This document shows, in pieces, positions 8,076-18,082 of a stretch of DNA of 64,000 nt (the first letter of the stretch is position 1; the number at the start of each line of letters is the position of its first letter). The notes beneath the pieces are model-generated. The model saw only the letters and a program-made list of their open reading frames with translations. It made no database searches and was not told the origin of the DNA. This DNA is from a bacterium (lineage in GTDB: Bacteria; Patescibacteriota; UBA1384; 2-12-FULL-50-11), in contig JAJTYJ010000003.1 in assembly GCA_021463485.1 (NCBI GenBank), positions 23,292-87,291 of the forward strand. Reading direction: 5' to 3'. The position numbers and the translations under genes were made by a program.

Positions 8076-9818
8076 CTAACTGAGTAACGAGAACTCTGTC
8101 AAATACGATACAAGCTTCTTAATATCAACAGTTTTTTGTTCTTGAGTTGAGCGGATTCTTAGGGTAACTTTCTTTTCGGCAAGCTCTTTTTCGCCAATTA
8201 CCGCAATTACCGGCACTTTTTCCAGCTCGGCTGTCCGGATTTTTTTACCTAGTGTTTCTTCAGTAATATCCAACTCTGCTCGGAATTGCTTCGTTATTTC
8301 GTCAAATACCTCTTTGCTAAATGCGGCTGCTTTCTCGGAGACACTCAAGATTTTTATCTGGGTTGGTGCAACCCAAAACGGAAAGTCGCCAGCGTAATGT
8401 TCGATAAGCACGGAGATAAAACGCTCCAACGAACCCATGACAGCAACATGAATCATAACTGCGCGCTCTTTTTCTCCCTGTTCGTTAATGCAGTACAGAT
8501 CAAATCGCTCCGGCATATTGAAATCGAGTTGTATTGTCGCGACTTGCCATTGGCGACCGATCGAGTCTTTCGCCATAAAATCAACCTTCGGACCGTAGAA
8601 CGCTGCTTCGCCCTCTTGTTCTATTACCGCTACTTTTCGTGATTTGGCTATCGAGCGCAGCGTCTGCTCGGCTTGCTGCCACTGCTCCGGTTTACCAAGG
8701 TATTTCTCCGGTTCTTTCGGGTCGCTTAAGCTCAACCTAACCTCTAGCTTAAAGCCGAATTTTTTGTAAAACGTGTCGACGATATCCCAAGTATCTTTAA
8801 CTTCTTTTTCGATCTGGCTTGGGCGGCAGAAAATGTGCGCGTCGTCTTGAGTAAAGCCACGAACCCTAGAAAGCCCCGCTAACTCGCCTGACTGTTCGTC
8901 GCGATAAACCATTGTCGTATTCGAGTAACGCTGCGGCATATCGCGGTAGCTTCGTTGTTCTGAAGCAAAGATTTGAGTATGGTGCGGGCAGTTCATCGGC
9001 TTCATCGCAAATTCGTGACCCTCACGAGTTTTAACTAAGAACAGCTCGTCTTTAAATTTCTCCCAATGGCCGGAAGTAATGTATAAATCTTTTTTAGTAA
9101 TGTGAGGAATCTCAACTTTTTGATACCCCTTTTCTTTACGTAACTCCCAAACAGCGTCGTCGAGAACATTACGCAAGACGGTGCCCTTCGGCTTCCAAAG
9201 CGGCAACCCGCTGCCGACTAACTCGGAAAAGGTGAATAGTCCGAGTTTCGGACCGAGTACCTTATGATCGCGGCGCTTGGCCTCGGATAGCTGCTCAAGA
9301 TATTCTTTTAGTTGTTTTTCACTTTCGAACGCAGTGCCGTAAATACGAGTTAGCATCGGTTGGTGCTCGTCGCCGCGCCAGTATGCACCGGCCGTAGAAA
9401 GGAGTTTAAGCGCTTTAATTTCGTTAGTAGATTTTACGTGCGGTCCTTTACATAGATCCCAAAAACTATCTATGCCATAGAAACTCAACTCTGTGTCCTC
9501 AAGATTTTCGGCAAGCTCGAGCTTATAAGGCTGTTGGTCTTTTCGATACTGTTTTTCGGCTTCAGATTTCTTTAGTGTTTTACGAACTACAGGAAAATTT
9601 TTGTTAATAATTTTCCACATGCTTTTTTCCAACACTGAGAGATCCTTTTCAGTAAGAGTTTTAGAAAGCTGGAAGTCGTAGTAAAACCCGTTTTCGATCG
9701 GCGGACCGATCGCCAGTTTTGCGTCTGGATCCCACTCTAATACAGCCATCGCCAAAACGTGGGCAGCGGTGTGGCGAATTTTGTATAGATTTGACTCTTC
9801 GTATGAGGCGTTATTCAT
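8076..9818 (-). CDS. thrS: Threonyl-tRNA synthetase (catalytic + anticodon-binding domains; no N-terminal TGS extension)
   Basis: Class II aaRS motifs, HTAAHVLAMAV editing-site-like region, FESE..., 580 aa. Confidence 0.9.
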   Translation of the reverse strand: MNNASYEESNLYKIRHTAAHVLAMAVLEWDPDAKLAIGPPIENGFYYDFQLSKTLTEKDLSVLEKSMWKIINKNFPVVRKTLKKSEAEKQYRKDQQPYKLELAENLEDTELSFYGIDSFWDLCKGPHVKSTNEIKALKLLSTAGAYWRGDEHQPMLTRIYGTAFESEKQLKEYLEQLSEAKRRDHKVLGPKLGLFTFSELVGSGLPLWKPKGTVLRNVLDDAVWELRKEKGYQKVEIPHITKKDLYITSGHWEKFKDELFLVKTREGHEFAMKPMNCPHHTQIFASEQRSYRDMPQRYSNTTMVYRDEQSGELAGLSRVRGFTQDDAHIFCRPSQIEKEVKDTWDIVDTFYKKFGFKLEVRLSLSDPKEPEKYLGKPEQWQQAEQTLRSIAKSRKVAVIEQEGEAAFYGPKVDFMAKDSIGRQWQVATIQLDFNMPERFDLYCINEQGEKERAVMIHVAVMGSLERFISVLIEHYAGDFPFWVAPTQIKILSVSEKAAAFSKEVFDEITKQFRAELDITEETLGKKIRTAELEKVPVIAVIGEKELAEKKVTLRIRSTQEQKTVDIKKLVSYLTEFSLLS

Positions 9819-9892
9819 CTCAACTATTGTAGGCTATATACCAACCTGAAAAAAGGTTTGCGATATAGGGTGGTTTTGTTACTGTTAATTAA

Positions 9893-12800
9893 ATGAGGAG
9901 GGTGGCAACGGCTATTTCTAAGTCCTGGGCTCGAATTATCCGTGCGCTGGCGTACTATCCGCTCGGTTTTTACCTAGGCTTGTTACTAATTGTCGCAGCC
10001 GCGTTTCTATACTGGGCGCAAACAGATCTGGGTTGGAAATTTGATTGGGTACAGTTACAGCGGTGGATTTCAAACCACGCCATGGCGATACTAGCCTTGT
10101 TTACAGGCTTGCTCGGTTTAGTGCTAATCGGAAGTGCGATCGCGTATAAACAGGTAATTGACCTATCGAAACAGGAGTACGTACTATGGCTCCATCAACG
10201 AGCGACGAAAGTACTTTTCCCGGTTTTTTCTCCGCTGCACGACTGGATCCGTTTGCGCAGCCGAATATATCATTGGTGGCACGCTCAATCGTTCTCAAAC
10301 GTTACGCACTATTTCTTGCTTATTATCGCAATCGGTGGATTAGCAAAAACCACTGTTAACTACATTAGTTCAGCTCAAGCGTCGCACGGCTGTTCGGATG
10401 CGGTAACGATTACTGTTAATACAACCTGGTCAACGAACCAATGCCACGGTGATGTCGTGATTCGAAACGGCGCAACCTTAACAATTAACGGCGGCATAAC
10501 AGCCGATTTGAGTAGCCTAAGCGTCGGTAGCGACTCGCCGGCAGAGAACGGATTTATTGTCGCTAAAGGGGACACATTAAACAATCTGGGGGTCGTGTTA
10601 AATGTTGATGGAGCTGTTTACGTCCGAGCTAGTAGCTCAATTAATGCCGACGCTCAGGGTTACCTTGGTGGTCGGTCCGGTGACGTAAACGGTAAGGGCC
10701 CTGGCGGTGCAACGACAGACGGGACAAGTACCGCAGGGGGTGGTGGATACGGAGGCGCAGGCAGCAATGGTTCTGGTTCAAATGCCGGAGGAAGCTCCTA
10801 CGGCACTCTAGCTGCCCCAGTTGATCTAGGATCTGGTGGTGGATTTGCTACAGGCTGTTGTAGTAATAACGGTGGCGATGGTGGTGGTGCTATTAAGATT
10901 AATGCACCCTCGAGCACGGTCACGTTAAACGGAACAATATCTGCAAATGGTGGAGCAGGTGGCAGCGGATGTTGCGCTTATGCTGGTGGTGGATCAGGCG
11001 GAAGTATCTGGGTTGTTGCTAACACTCTGGCCGGGTCCGGGGAGGTTAGAGCCCACGGCGGTGCTGGTGGCTCTGGTGGAGCTGGTGAAAGTAATAACGG
11101 CGGAGCAGGGGCGGGTGGACGTGTTCAACTGACATTCTCCTCTGACATATCAACGATCACTAAGTTGGCATATGACGGGGGTAACAACGGTGCTAACCGT
11201 CGCGGTGCTGCAGGAACTGTTTCAACTAGCAGTGAGTTGATTATTGCAAACAACGCTTCGCCAACAATTCTGCCAACCGTGGCTACTCCGCTCTCTGGTT
11301 CATTGAGTTACGCAAACACAACTATAAAAGATAATGCTTACGTTACATTGGCGTCGGGTGCAAATCTTTCTGGCGGTACAACCCTAATCCAAAATAATAC
11401 TAAAACAACGTTACTTGCGAGTAATACAGTTTGGTCTGGGGGCTCTCTAACGGTTCAAACCGGTGCGAATACAATTAATATACCTAAAGACGTGTCTACA
11501 GAACCAAATTTTTCCTCGATTAATATTGGTACAGGAACGCTACAACACGACTCTCATACAAGTACCCACACCTATTCGTTAATTTTAAGCACTTCGGGTT
11601 CTGTCACCATCACGGGTACGATCAATGTAGACGATAAGGGATATGCCGGAGGGACTTCAGGCTCCGCGGATGGTAAGGGGCCGGGAGGTGGTTTAGACGG
11701 AGCTTCTAATGATGCTCCTGGAGCAGGTCACGGTGGAACCGGCGGTAACGGGGCAACAGTTAACGGCGGTGCAAGCTACGGTAATTTATCTTCACCGACA
11801 GATCTTGGCTCTGGTGGGGGTGGGACTTCCTCAAGCTCGTTTAATAATGGCGGTAATGGCGGTGGAGCGGTAAAGATTACTGCGTCATCCGGTACCGTGA
11901 CGGTCAACGGAACGATTACTGCTAACGGTTCTACTGGGTTCTCCGCATGTTGTAACTACGCTGGCGGCGGCTCTGGTGGAAGTATCTGGATTATCGCTAA
12001 CACACTTGCTGGCTCTGGCACGGTCAGAGCCAACGGCGGTGCTGGTGGTTCTGGTGGAGCTGGTGAGAGCAATAACGGCGGCGCTGGTGCAGGTGGAAGA
12101 ATACAGCTCACATATAGTAGTGATACCTCGAGTATCACTAAACTGGCCTTTGATGGAGGCAATAATGGGGCAAATCGTCGCGGTGCCGCGGGAACTGTTT
12201 CAACTAGTAGTGGCTTAACCGTCGCTAACAGCACATTGGTAACAGTAATGCCCGTTGTTTCGACACCAATAAGTGGGACGCATAACTACCCAGCTACAAG
12301 TATTAAGGATTATGTCTACGTGACACTTGCAGCTGGTGCTAATCTTTCCGGTGGAACAACCACAATCGAGAATAACACCCGCACAACCCTACTTGGGGAT
12401 GATACTGTTTGGACTGGTGGGGCGCTCACAGTTCAAACCGGTACTAATACGATAAATGTTAAGCCAACTATTAGCACTAAACCTCTTTTTTCAAGTATCA
12501 ACTTTAGTAGCGGGAACGTATACCACGATGATCATACAACCGCAGATAACTACCATATTATTCTTAGTGCTACCGGCAATATTACGGTTGGAACTACCAT
12601 TAATCTAACTGGTTTAGGATTCTCTGGGGGAGCAGCAAACAGCACAGGTAACGGTACGGGCCCAGGGGTTGGAGGTGTTACTATACATGCCGGTGGTGCC
12701 CACGGTGGGAATGGTGGAACAGGTGCAAGTAGCGGCGGCGCTGGTGGTACTGCCTATGGATCAACGCTTACTCCTATAACACTTGGCTCGGGGGGCGGTG

Positions 12801-15601
12801 GCGCTGAAGGAATTAATGGTGGTGATGGCGGTGGGGGAAGGATCGCGAGACACTATACCAGTTCCACATACTCGGGTACTGTCTCCGTAGTCAAGGGTTC
12901 TGGTTCGTGTGCTGCAGGTCAAAATGGTACTAATCAGACAGTCGGTGCAGTGACGGACCTAATAGTGACTGGGATCTCTACCCCGCGAACGGCTGGCATC
13001 ACGAGCTCGGTTGTAGTCGAGGCGCGTGACGCGTCTAATAACCGCAATTACGCGTATACAAAAGCTATCACATTTACTTCAACCGACTCCCAGGCGACGT
13101 TGCCGGGAAATTACACGTTTACGATTGCCGATGCGGGACTTGCAACAATCCCTGGAGTCATTCTTAAAACCGCCGGCACACAAACGGTGACAGCTGACCA
13201 AACCGATGATGGGACTGTCGACGGAACACACGCCAACATAACCGTAAATGCAGGTAGCGTTACGAATTTAGTCGTCAGCGGTGTAACTGATCCTGTGACC
13301 GCTGGCACATCTACAAGCCCAACTGTTACTGCTAAAGACGCATATACAAATACCGTTAGCGGGTATACCGGCACCGTCACGTTTACATCAAGTGACTCGC
13401 AGGCGACGTTGCCAGTCAATTACACATTTGTTGGCGGCGATGCCGGTGTGAAAACGTTTACCAACGGAGTCGTCTTAAAAACAACTGGCGTGCATTCAAT
13501 TACTGCCAGCGACGGTACGATCAGTGGAACAATCCAGAACATCAATGTAACTGCCGGACAACCGACGAAGCTAAAAATTAGCAATATTACTTCACCGATC
13601 GCAGCTAATACCCCTGCTTCCCCGACAGTAGCGGTTCAAGACCAGTACAACAACACAGCAACTGGTTACACCGGAACTATTACCTTTAGCTCAAGCGACG
13701 CCGCTGCAACGCTACCGAGTAATTACGCGTTTTCAGTGAGCGATCAGGGTGTTCGAACATTTACGAACGGTGTAACCTTTGCGACTGGTGGGACACATTC
13801 ACTAATTGCAACGGACGTTAGCTCGCCAACGATCAATGGTACGTTATCAAGCATCGTCGTAACGGCTGCACCAAGCCCCGGTAGTACAAGCCAACCGTCG
13901 TTAACGATTGTGCTAATCCAGCCGTCGGAAGGTACCTTCTTTGGAACGATCACACAACAAGTAAACGGATTACCATTAGAAATTACCGTAACTGGGACCG
14001 TGAAAGGCAACCAAATAAACGGCACCGTCTCGGGTACTTACAACGAGCAGCCAGTAACTGGAACGATCACCGGTACAGTTAAAGGACAAAAAATTGAGTC
14101 GGCGATACTAACGCTCTTCAACGCGAACGACCCAGGATTTAACCTTACGGTCGTAGTTGGTGGGGTAATTAGTCCGCCAGATAGTCCTAAACAAGAACCC
14201 GACTGTAAGCTTCGTGGTACGCTCGAGCTGACAATCGACGGTAAAAAGTTTAGTGGCGAGGTCCAGTTAACAATTAGCCCAGATGGTAGCGTCACGGGGA
14301 GAGCAAAAGGATTTCTAGACAACGATCGGGTATTTGGTACGTTCAGCGCCAGCTCGGTTGAGGGTAGGCTGATCGGTGGAACAGTTACGTTAACAAGTAA
14401 TAATAACAACTCACCGATCACCGGCGAGATAATCGGTAGCGTTCGAGATGGTGAAATACAGTTAACCAATGCCGAACACTGCAATATATCTACTGATGTT
14501 TTAATTGATACCGATGAAGACGGCGACGCTGATGGCGAGGGTACGGGCAACGTCGAGATCGACGAACCGGTTTCATCGAGTGATGTTATAAACGGTTCGA
14601 TCATCGGAACTGTCGAGGGACAAACAGCTAACGAAGATGTAATCGTTAACGGATTATTTGAAGCGCTAGTCTCAGATGTTGTGATTAAACCGACAGAGCT
14701 AAAATTTGAGACAAACGAACAGAACGACTTAATCTCTGGCGCGCTGGCAGTGGTGAGCGGTTTGTCTGTTCTACCAATCCTGCCTGCTGTCCAGAGTATC
14801 CTTCTGACATCTTCAACTCGGGGTTTCACTTTCATTCATTGGTTCTTCTTTGGCTATACGCCTCGCAAACGACGCAAGTTCTGGGGAGTTATTAAAGATA
14901 AAACAACCGGCGTTCCAGTTGCAGGAGTACTTGTTAAGCTAGTAGACGTTCATAATGATCGGGTAATAAACCAGTACCGAACTGATAAGACGGGTCGTTA
15001 CGGTTTCTTAGTGGAAACGGTGGGGGACTACCGAATAACAATTATTGATCCGTTGTATGCTGCCTTTAGTAGTAAAGAATTCTCAGTCGATAGCTTGAAA
15101 CAACCGATAGTAACCGGGGATATTCAGCTAACTCCAGTTCACCAGAGACAGCTGCAACTTCTAAATAAGACGTTTGTCTGGGTTGCGGCGATAAAAGTTC
15201 TTAATATCATCCACTGGTCGTTGCTGATTGGAGGAACAATCCTTTCGGTTATGCTTGTTGCTGATCATCCGACGACGTTAAGAACCTTAATTGCGTCGCT
15301 GTATTCGGTACTGTGGTTGTCGAAATTACTCGGATATCGTCGAGAACGGCATTACGGACAAGTAACGGATACAGACGGCGCACCACTTGCTCGTGCAGTC
15401 GTACAGCTAACAAACCAATCCGGTGAAACAACAGCACATATTCACTCGACAGTTACCGACGCTAAAGGTCGATTTGTCCTATTGGTAAAGCCCGGAGTTT
15501 ATACTGTTATTGTTGCCAAAGACGGGTATAAGACTCGACAAGGCGCTGTTATTGCTGACGAGGCGAATATGACTATTCGTCTCGAACGAGTAGATTCTTA
15601 A
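9893..15601 (+). CDS. Giant (1902 aa) membrane-anchored surface protein: N-terminal 2 TM helices, ~2.3 tandem Gly/Asn/Ser-rich beta-helix-like modules with paired Cys (GCC), 4 Ig-like (Big/invasin-type) repeats, Thr-rich region, C-terminal TM helices with two carboxypeptidase-regulatory-like beta-sandwich domains
   Basis: Direct reading of translation: repeated GGAGGSGGAGESNNGGAGAGGR modules, repeated VT.L.VSG.T.P..AG..TS..V.A.DAY.N....YTGT.TF.SSD..ATLP.NY.F blocks x4, C-terminal YRTDKTGRYGF / TDAKGRFVLLVKPGVYTV CarbopepD_reg-like motifs. Confidence 0.7.
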   Translation: MRRVATAISKSWARIIRALAYYPLGFYLGLLLIVAAAFLYWAQTDLGWKFDWVQLQRWISNHAMAILALFTGLLGLVLIGSAIAYKQVIDLSKQEYVLWLHQRATKVLFPVFSPLHDWIRLRSRIYHWWHAQSFSNVTHYFLLIIAIGGLAKTTVNYISSAQASHGCSDAVTITVNTTWSTNQCHGDVVIRNGATLTINGGITADLSSLSVGSDSPAENGFIVAKGDTLNNLGVVLNVDGAVYVRASSSINADAQGYLGGRSGDVNGKGPGGATTDGTSTAGGGGYGGAGSNGSGSNAGGSSYGTLAAPVDLGSGGGFATGCCSNNGGDGGGAIKINAPSSTVTLNGTISANGGAGGSGCCAYAGGGSGGSIWVVANTLAGSGEVRAHGGAGGSGGAGESNNGGAGAGGRVQLTFSSDISTITKLAYDGGNNGANRRGAAGTVSTSSELIIANNASPTILPTVATPLSGSLSYANTTIKDNAYVTLASGANLSGGTTLIQNNTKTTLLASNTVWSGGSLTVQTGANTINIPKDVSTEPNFSSINIGTGTLQHDSHTSTHTYSLILSTSGSVTITGTINVDDKGYAGGTSGSADGKGPGGGLDGASNDAPGAGHGGTGGNGATVNGGASYGNLSSPTDLGSGGGGTSSSSFNNGGNGGGAVKITASSGTVTVNGTITANGSTGFSACCNYAGGGSGGSIWIIANTLAGSGTVRANGGAGGSGGAGESNNGGAGAGGRIQLTYSSDTSSITKLAFDGGNNGANRRGAAGTVSTSSGLTVANSTLVTVMPVVSTPISGTHNYPATSIKDYVYVTLAAGANLSGGTTTIENNTRTTLLGDDTVWTGGALTVQTGTNTINVKPTISTKPLFSSINFSSGNVYHDDHTTADNYHIILSATGNITVGTTINLTGLGFSGGAANSTGNGTGPGVGGVTIHAGGAHGGNGGTGASSGGAGGTAYGSTLTPITLGSGGGGAEGINGGDGGGGRIARHYTSSTYSGTVSVVKGSGSCAAGQNGTNQTVGAVTDLIVTGISTPRTAGITSSVVVEARDASNNRNYAYTKAITFTSTDSQATLPGNYTFTIADAGLATIPGVILKTAGTQTVTADQTDDGTVDGTHANITVNAGSVTNLVVSGVTDPVTAGTSTSPTVTAKDAYTNTVSGYTGTVTFTSSDSQATLPVNYTFVGGDAGVKTFTNGVVLKTTGVHSITASDGTISGTIQNINVTAGQPTKLKISNITSPIAANTPASPTVAVQDQYNNTATGYTGTITFSSSDAAATLPSNYAFSVSDQGVRTFTNGVTFATGGTHSLIATDVSSPTINGTLSSIVVTAAPSPGSTSQPSLTIVLIQPSEGTFFGTITQQVNGLPLEITVTGTVKGNQINGTVSGTYNEQPVTGTITGTVKGQKIESAILTLFNANDPGFNLTVVVGGVISPPDSPKQEPDCKLRGTLELTIDGKKFSGEVQLTISPDGSVTGRAKGFLDNDRVFGTFSASSVEGRLIGGTVTLTSNNNNSPITGEIIGSVRDGEIQLTNAEHCNISTDVLIDTDEDGDADGEGTGNVEIDEPVSSSDVINGSIIGTVEGQTANEDVIVNGLFEALVSDVVIKPTELKFETNEQNDLISGALAVVSGLSVLPILPAVQSILLTSSTRGFTFIHWFFFGYTPRKRRKFWGVIKDKTTGVPVAGVLVKLVDVHNDRVINQYRTDKTGRYGFLVETVGDYRITIIDPLYAAFSSKEFSVDSLKQPIVTGDIQLTPVHQRQLQLLNKTFVWVAAIKVLNIIHWSLLIGGTILSVMLVADHPTTLRTLIASLYSVLWLSKLLGYRRERHYGQVTDTDGAPLARAVVQLTNQSGETTAHIHSTVTDAKGRFVLLVKPGVYTVIVAKDGYKTRQGAVIADEANMTIRLERVDS
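10640..12860 (+). repeat. Intragenic tandem duplication (period ~975 bp, ~2.3 copies) inside the giant protein gene, conserved at nucleotide level
   Basis: e.g. 10990-11140 (ggtggatcaggcggaagtatctgggttgttgctaacactctggccgggtccggg...) nearly identical to 11962-12110 (ggcggcggctctggtggaagtatctggattatcgctaacacacttgctggctctggc...). Confidence 0.75.
12940..13870 (+). repeat. Four tandem ~300-bp Ig-like domain repeats within giant protein gene
   Basis: Repeated protein blocks ...TFTS[ST]DSQATLP.NYTF... seen four times. Confidence 0.65.
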
Positions 15602-16746
15602 GCTAGTATCGAGACGATTTTTTCGGCGAGTTTTTCTAACTCTTGATTAGTAATACCTTTGGTTGTGATCGCACAGGTGCCGATCCTGATCCCACTTGGG
15701 TCTTGCGGCGGAGCGTCGTCGTACGGGATTGAGTTCTTGTTAACGATAATACCGTTATCTTCTAGACGTTGCTGAGCGACTGCGCCCGTTATTCCTTGTG
15801 GCCTTAAATCAATAAGAAAGAGGTGATTATCTGTGCCACCGGTCACAATATTCATACCTTTTTTTGTAAGTAATTCAGCCAGCATCTGGGCGTTAGCAAC
15901 CACCTGCTGACAATAGGCTTTATAGGATGGTAACAGCGCTTCTTCTAACGCAACACCGATCGCGGCGATGGCGTTCATATGCGGTCCGCCTTGTAATCCA
16001 GGGAAGACCGCTTTGTCAATTTTTTTCGCGTGCTCAGGTTTACAAAAGAGCATCGCGCCGCGCGGACCGCGAAGTATTTTATGCGTCGTCGTCATTACAA
16101 AATCTGCATAACCAAACGGCGACTGATGTAATTCGGTCGCTATTAGGCCAGAAATATGGGAGATATCGGCTAAGTGGAGCGCACCGACAGTATGAGCAAT
16201 TTCGGAGATGCGTTTAAAGTCGATCTCTCGCGAGTAGGCGGAAGCGCCGGAAATAATCAGTTTTGGCCTTACTTCATTAGCTTCACTCTCGAGCTGATCG
16301 TAGTCGAGCAGCCCAGTCTTTTCGTTAACAAAATAAGCGTAACGGTCGTAGAGCTTGCCCGAAATCGTAACTGGATGACCGTGTGTTAAATGACCGCCGT
16401 GCGAGAGCTCCAGTCCCATAATCGGATCATGTGGCTGGAGAAATCCAAAGTAAACCGCCAAATTCGCTATCGAACCCGAGTAAGGCTGAACATTGACGTG
16501 GTAATCAGTATTAAAAACTTCTTGGGCTAATTCTTTAACGCGGTTTTCAATCTTATCGACAATCTCAACACCGCCGTAATATCGCCAGCCAGGCTGCCCT
16601 TCGGCGTATTTATTAGTCAAATCTGAGCCAAGCACTGCCTTTACTTCATCGGAAACAAAGTTTTCAGAGGCGATCAAATTGATAACCGAATTTTGGCGTC
16701 GTGACTCTTCGGCGGTAAGCTCTGAGATAGTTGGTTTGTGACTCAT
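15598..16746 (-). CDS. glyA: Serine hydroxymethyltransferase
   Basis: N-terminal ELTAEESRRQNSVINLIASENFVS, PLP-lysine region TTTHKILRGPRGAMLFC (TTHKTLRGPRG motif). Confidence 0.9.
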   Translation of the reverse strand: MSHKPTISELTAEESRRQNSVINLIASENFVSDEVKAVLGSDLTNKYAEGQPGWRYYGGVEIVDKIENRVKELAQEVFNTDYHVNVQPYSGSIANLAVYFGFLQPHDPIMGLELSHGGHLTHGHPVTISGKLYDRYAYFVNEKTGLLDYDQLESEANEVRPKLIISGASAYSREIDFKRISEIAHTVGALHLADISHISGLIATELHQSPFGYADFVMTTTHKILRGPRGAMLFCKPEHAKKIDKAVFPGLQGGPHMNAIAAIGVALEEALLPSYKAYCQQVVANAQMLAELLTKKGMNIVTGGTDNHLFLIDLRPQGITGAVAQQRLEDNGIIVNKNSIPYDDAPPQDPSGIRIGTCAITTKGITNQELEKLAEKIVSILA

Positions 16747-16796
16747 TGCTGGTATTCTATCAGGAAATCTGAGAATTTTCAGGTAGAATAAGAGCG

Positions 16797-17231
16797 ATGA
16801 AGGCAGTGCATCGCAATAAAAAAGCCACCTTCGATTACGAAATACTCGACCGGCTTGAGGCAGGAATAGTTTTACTCGGCCCAGAAATTAAGGCAATTCG
16901 CGAAGGAAGAGCAACGATCGCTGGAAGCTATGTTAAACCGCTGTTGACTAACGGCATGGTTGAGATGTGGTGGGTCGGGAGCAACTTTCACGTTACTAGC
17001 GGAGATCCAACAAGAACAAAAAAACTATTACTACATAAAACAGAGATTAAAAAACTATTAGGTAAATTAAGCGCTGGCGAGTATACGATCGTACCGATCG
17101 ACCTTCATCTCGTTCGTGGTAAGGCAAAACTTACGATCGGGCTAGCAAGCAGACGAAAAAAGTACGACAAACGACAGAAGATTAAAGAGCGGGATATCGA
17201 GAAGAACCTTCGAGAGCGTTTTCGGGATTAG
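16797..17231 (+). CDS. smpB: SsrA-binding protein SmpB
   Basis: NKKATFDYEILDRLEAGIVLLGPEIKAIREGRATIAGSYV ... LLLHKTEIKKL conserved SmpB sequence. Confidence 0.9.
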   Translation: MKAVHRNKKATFDYEILDRLEAGIVLLGPEIKAIREGRATIAGSYVKPLLTNGMVEMWWVGSNFHVTSGDPTRTKKLLLHKTEIKKLLGKLSAGEYTIVPIDLHLVRGKAKLTIGLASRRKKYDKRQKIKERDIEKNLRERFRD

Positions 17232-18082
17232 TTATCTTGCACCGGTTCAGAGCTCGATGAGTTTGTCTCGCCCTGTTGGTTTGATCGTAAATTATTATCG
17301 GCTTTCAACTCGTCAGCAATCTTAGCTAGCTCGGTTTTAAAGTTAGATAATGATGTTCGAGCAGCTTTTAGCTGAGCCTTGGCGCTGGTAAGTAGATCTT
17401 TGTTGGTAGTAGAACTTGGGTTAGAAAGAACCTTCTTATATGTGTCGATTGCTGCCATTAGTGAGCTCTCGGCGCTGGCTAATTCCTTCTCTAAGACGGT
17501 GGTGTCAACTTGCTTCTCTTTCAATTTAAGAATTAATGGATCAAATCGATCATTAATTCGGTCTAAAATTTTACCAGCCCGACATAAACCGCTAATCGCG
17601 GGGTTGATATACATAAAGACCCTAGTTTTTTCGATCGCTGACTTTAGTTCTGTCCTTGCTGATTCGGCGCTTTCAGCCGCTTTAATTTTTGCGAGCGCTG
17701 CGTTAAGGTCGTTTCTTAGCGTTGTGATTGCGGCAGTGATTGGCGTTTTAACGTCAACAGAAGTAACTTTCGAGCAGTTGGCGCCTGAGAGTCGTCGCTC
17801 CTGCTCTGTGAGCACTTTTAATCTAACGTTAATTTGTTTTTCGGCGTAGGTAACCGTTCTCGTTTTTAGCGCTTCGGCTCGCTCAATACTACGCGCTTCT
17901 TTATACGCGCTACGCTCGAGCTTCATTGCTTCCAGATCAGTTTTAAATTTAGCTCTCACAGAGTCGCTTGTGGTCGTTGTCTGGTTTGTGCCTTGAGATT
18001 CTTGCGCAAAAACCAGCGGCGACGCCAGTAACATAACGATGAGCGCGATCACGGCGATAATAATTAATATTCGTTTCATCAC
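17228..18082 (-). CDS. Secreted alpha-helical/coiled-coil hypothetical protein with signal peptide
   Basis: N-terminal MMKRILIIIAVIALIVMLLASPLVFAQ signal-like segment; Ala/Lys/Glu-rich helical repeats. Confidence 0.5.
   Translation of the reverse strand: MMKRILIIIAVIALIVMLLASPLVFAQESQGTNQTTTTSDSVRAKFKTDLEAMKLERSAYKEARSIERAEALKTRTVTYAEKQINVRLKVLTEQERRLSGANCSKVTSVDVKTPITAAITTLRNDLNAALAKIKAAESAESARTELKSAIEKTRVFMYINPAISGLCRAGKILDRINDRFDPLILKLKEKQVDTTVLEKELASAESSLMAAIDTYKKVLSNPSSTTNKDLLTSAKAQLKAARTSLSNFKTELAKIADELKADNNLRSNQQGETNSSSSEPVQDN

Noticed and set aside
7728-8087. Plus-strand 119-aa ORF antisense to the 7583-8047 gene
   Set aside because: The minus-strand ORF has a strong AAGGAGGG RBS and a plausible signal/TM N-terminus. 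The plus-strand ORF lacks an RBS and reads as Pro/Ile-rich low complexity.
10101-14835. Multiple antisense or alternative-frame ORFs inside the giant gene (e.g. 11956-12234 -, 13111-13419 -, 13744-14025 -, 14038-14835 -, 10947-11132 +)
   Set aside because: They lie within the Gly/Thr/Ser-rich repetitive coding region, have low-complexity Pro/Ser/Val-rich translations and no RBS. They are by-products of the compositionally biased sense frame.
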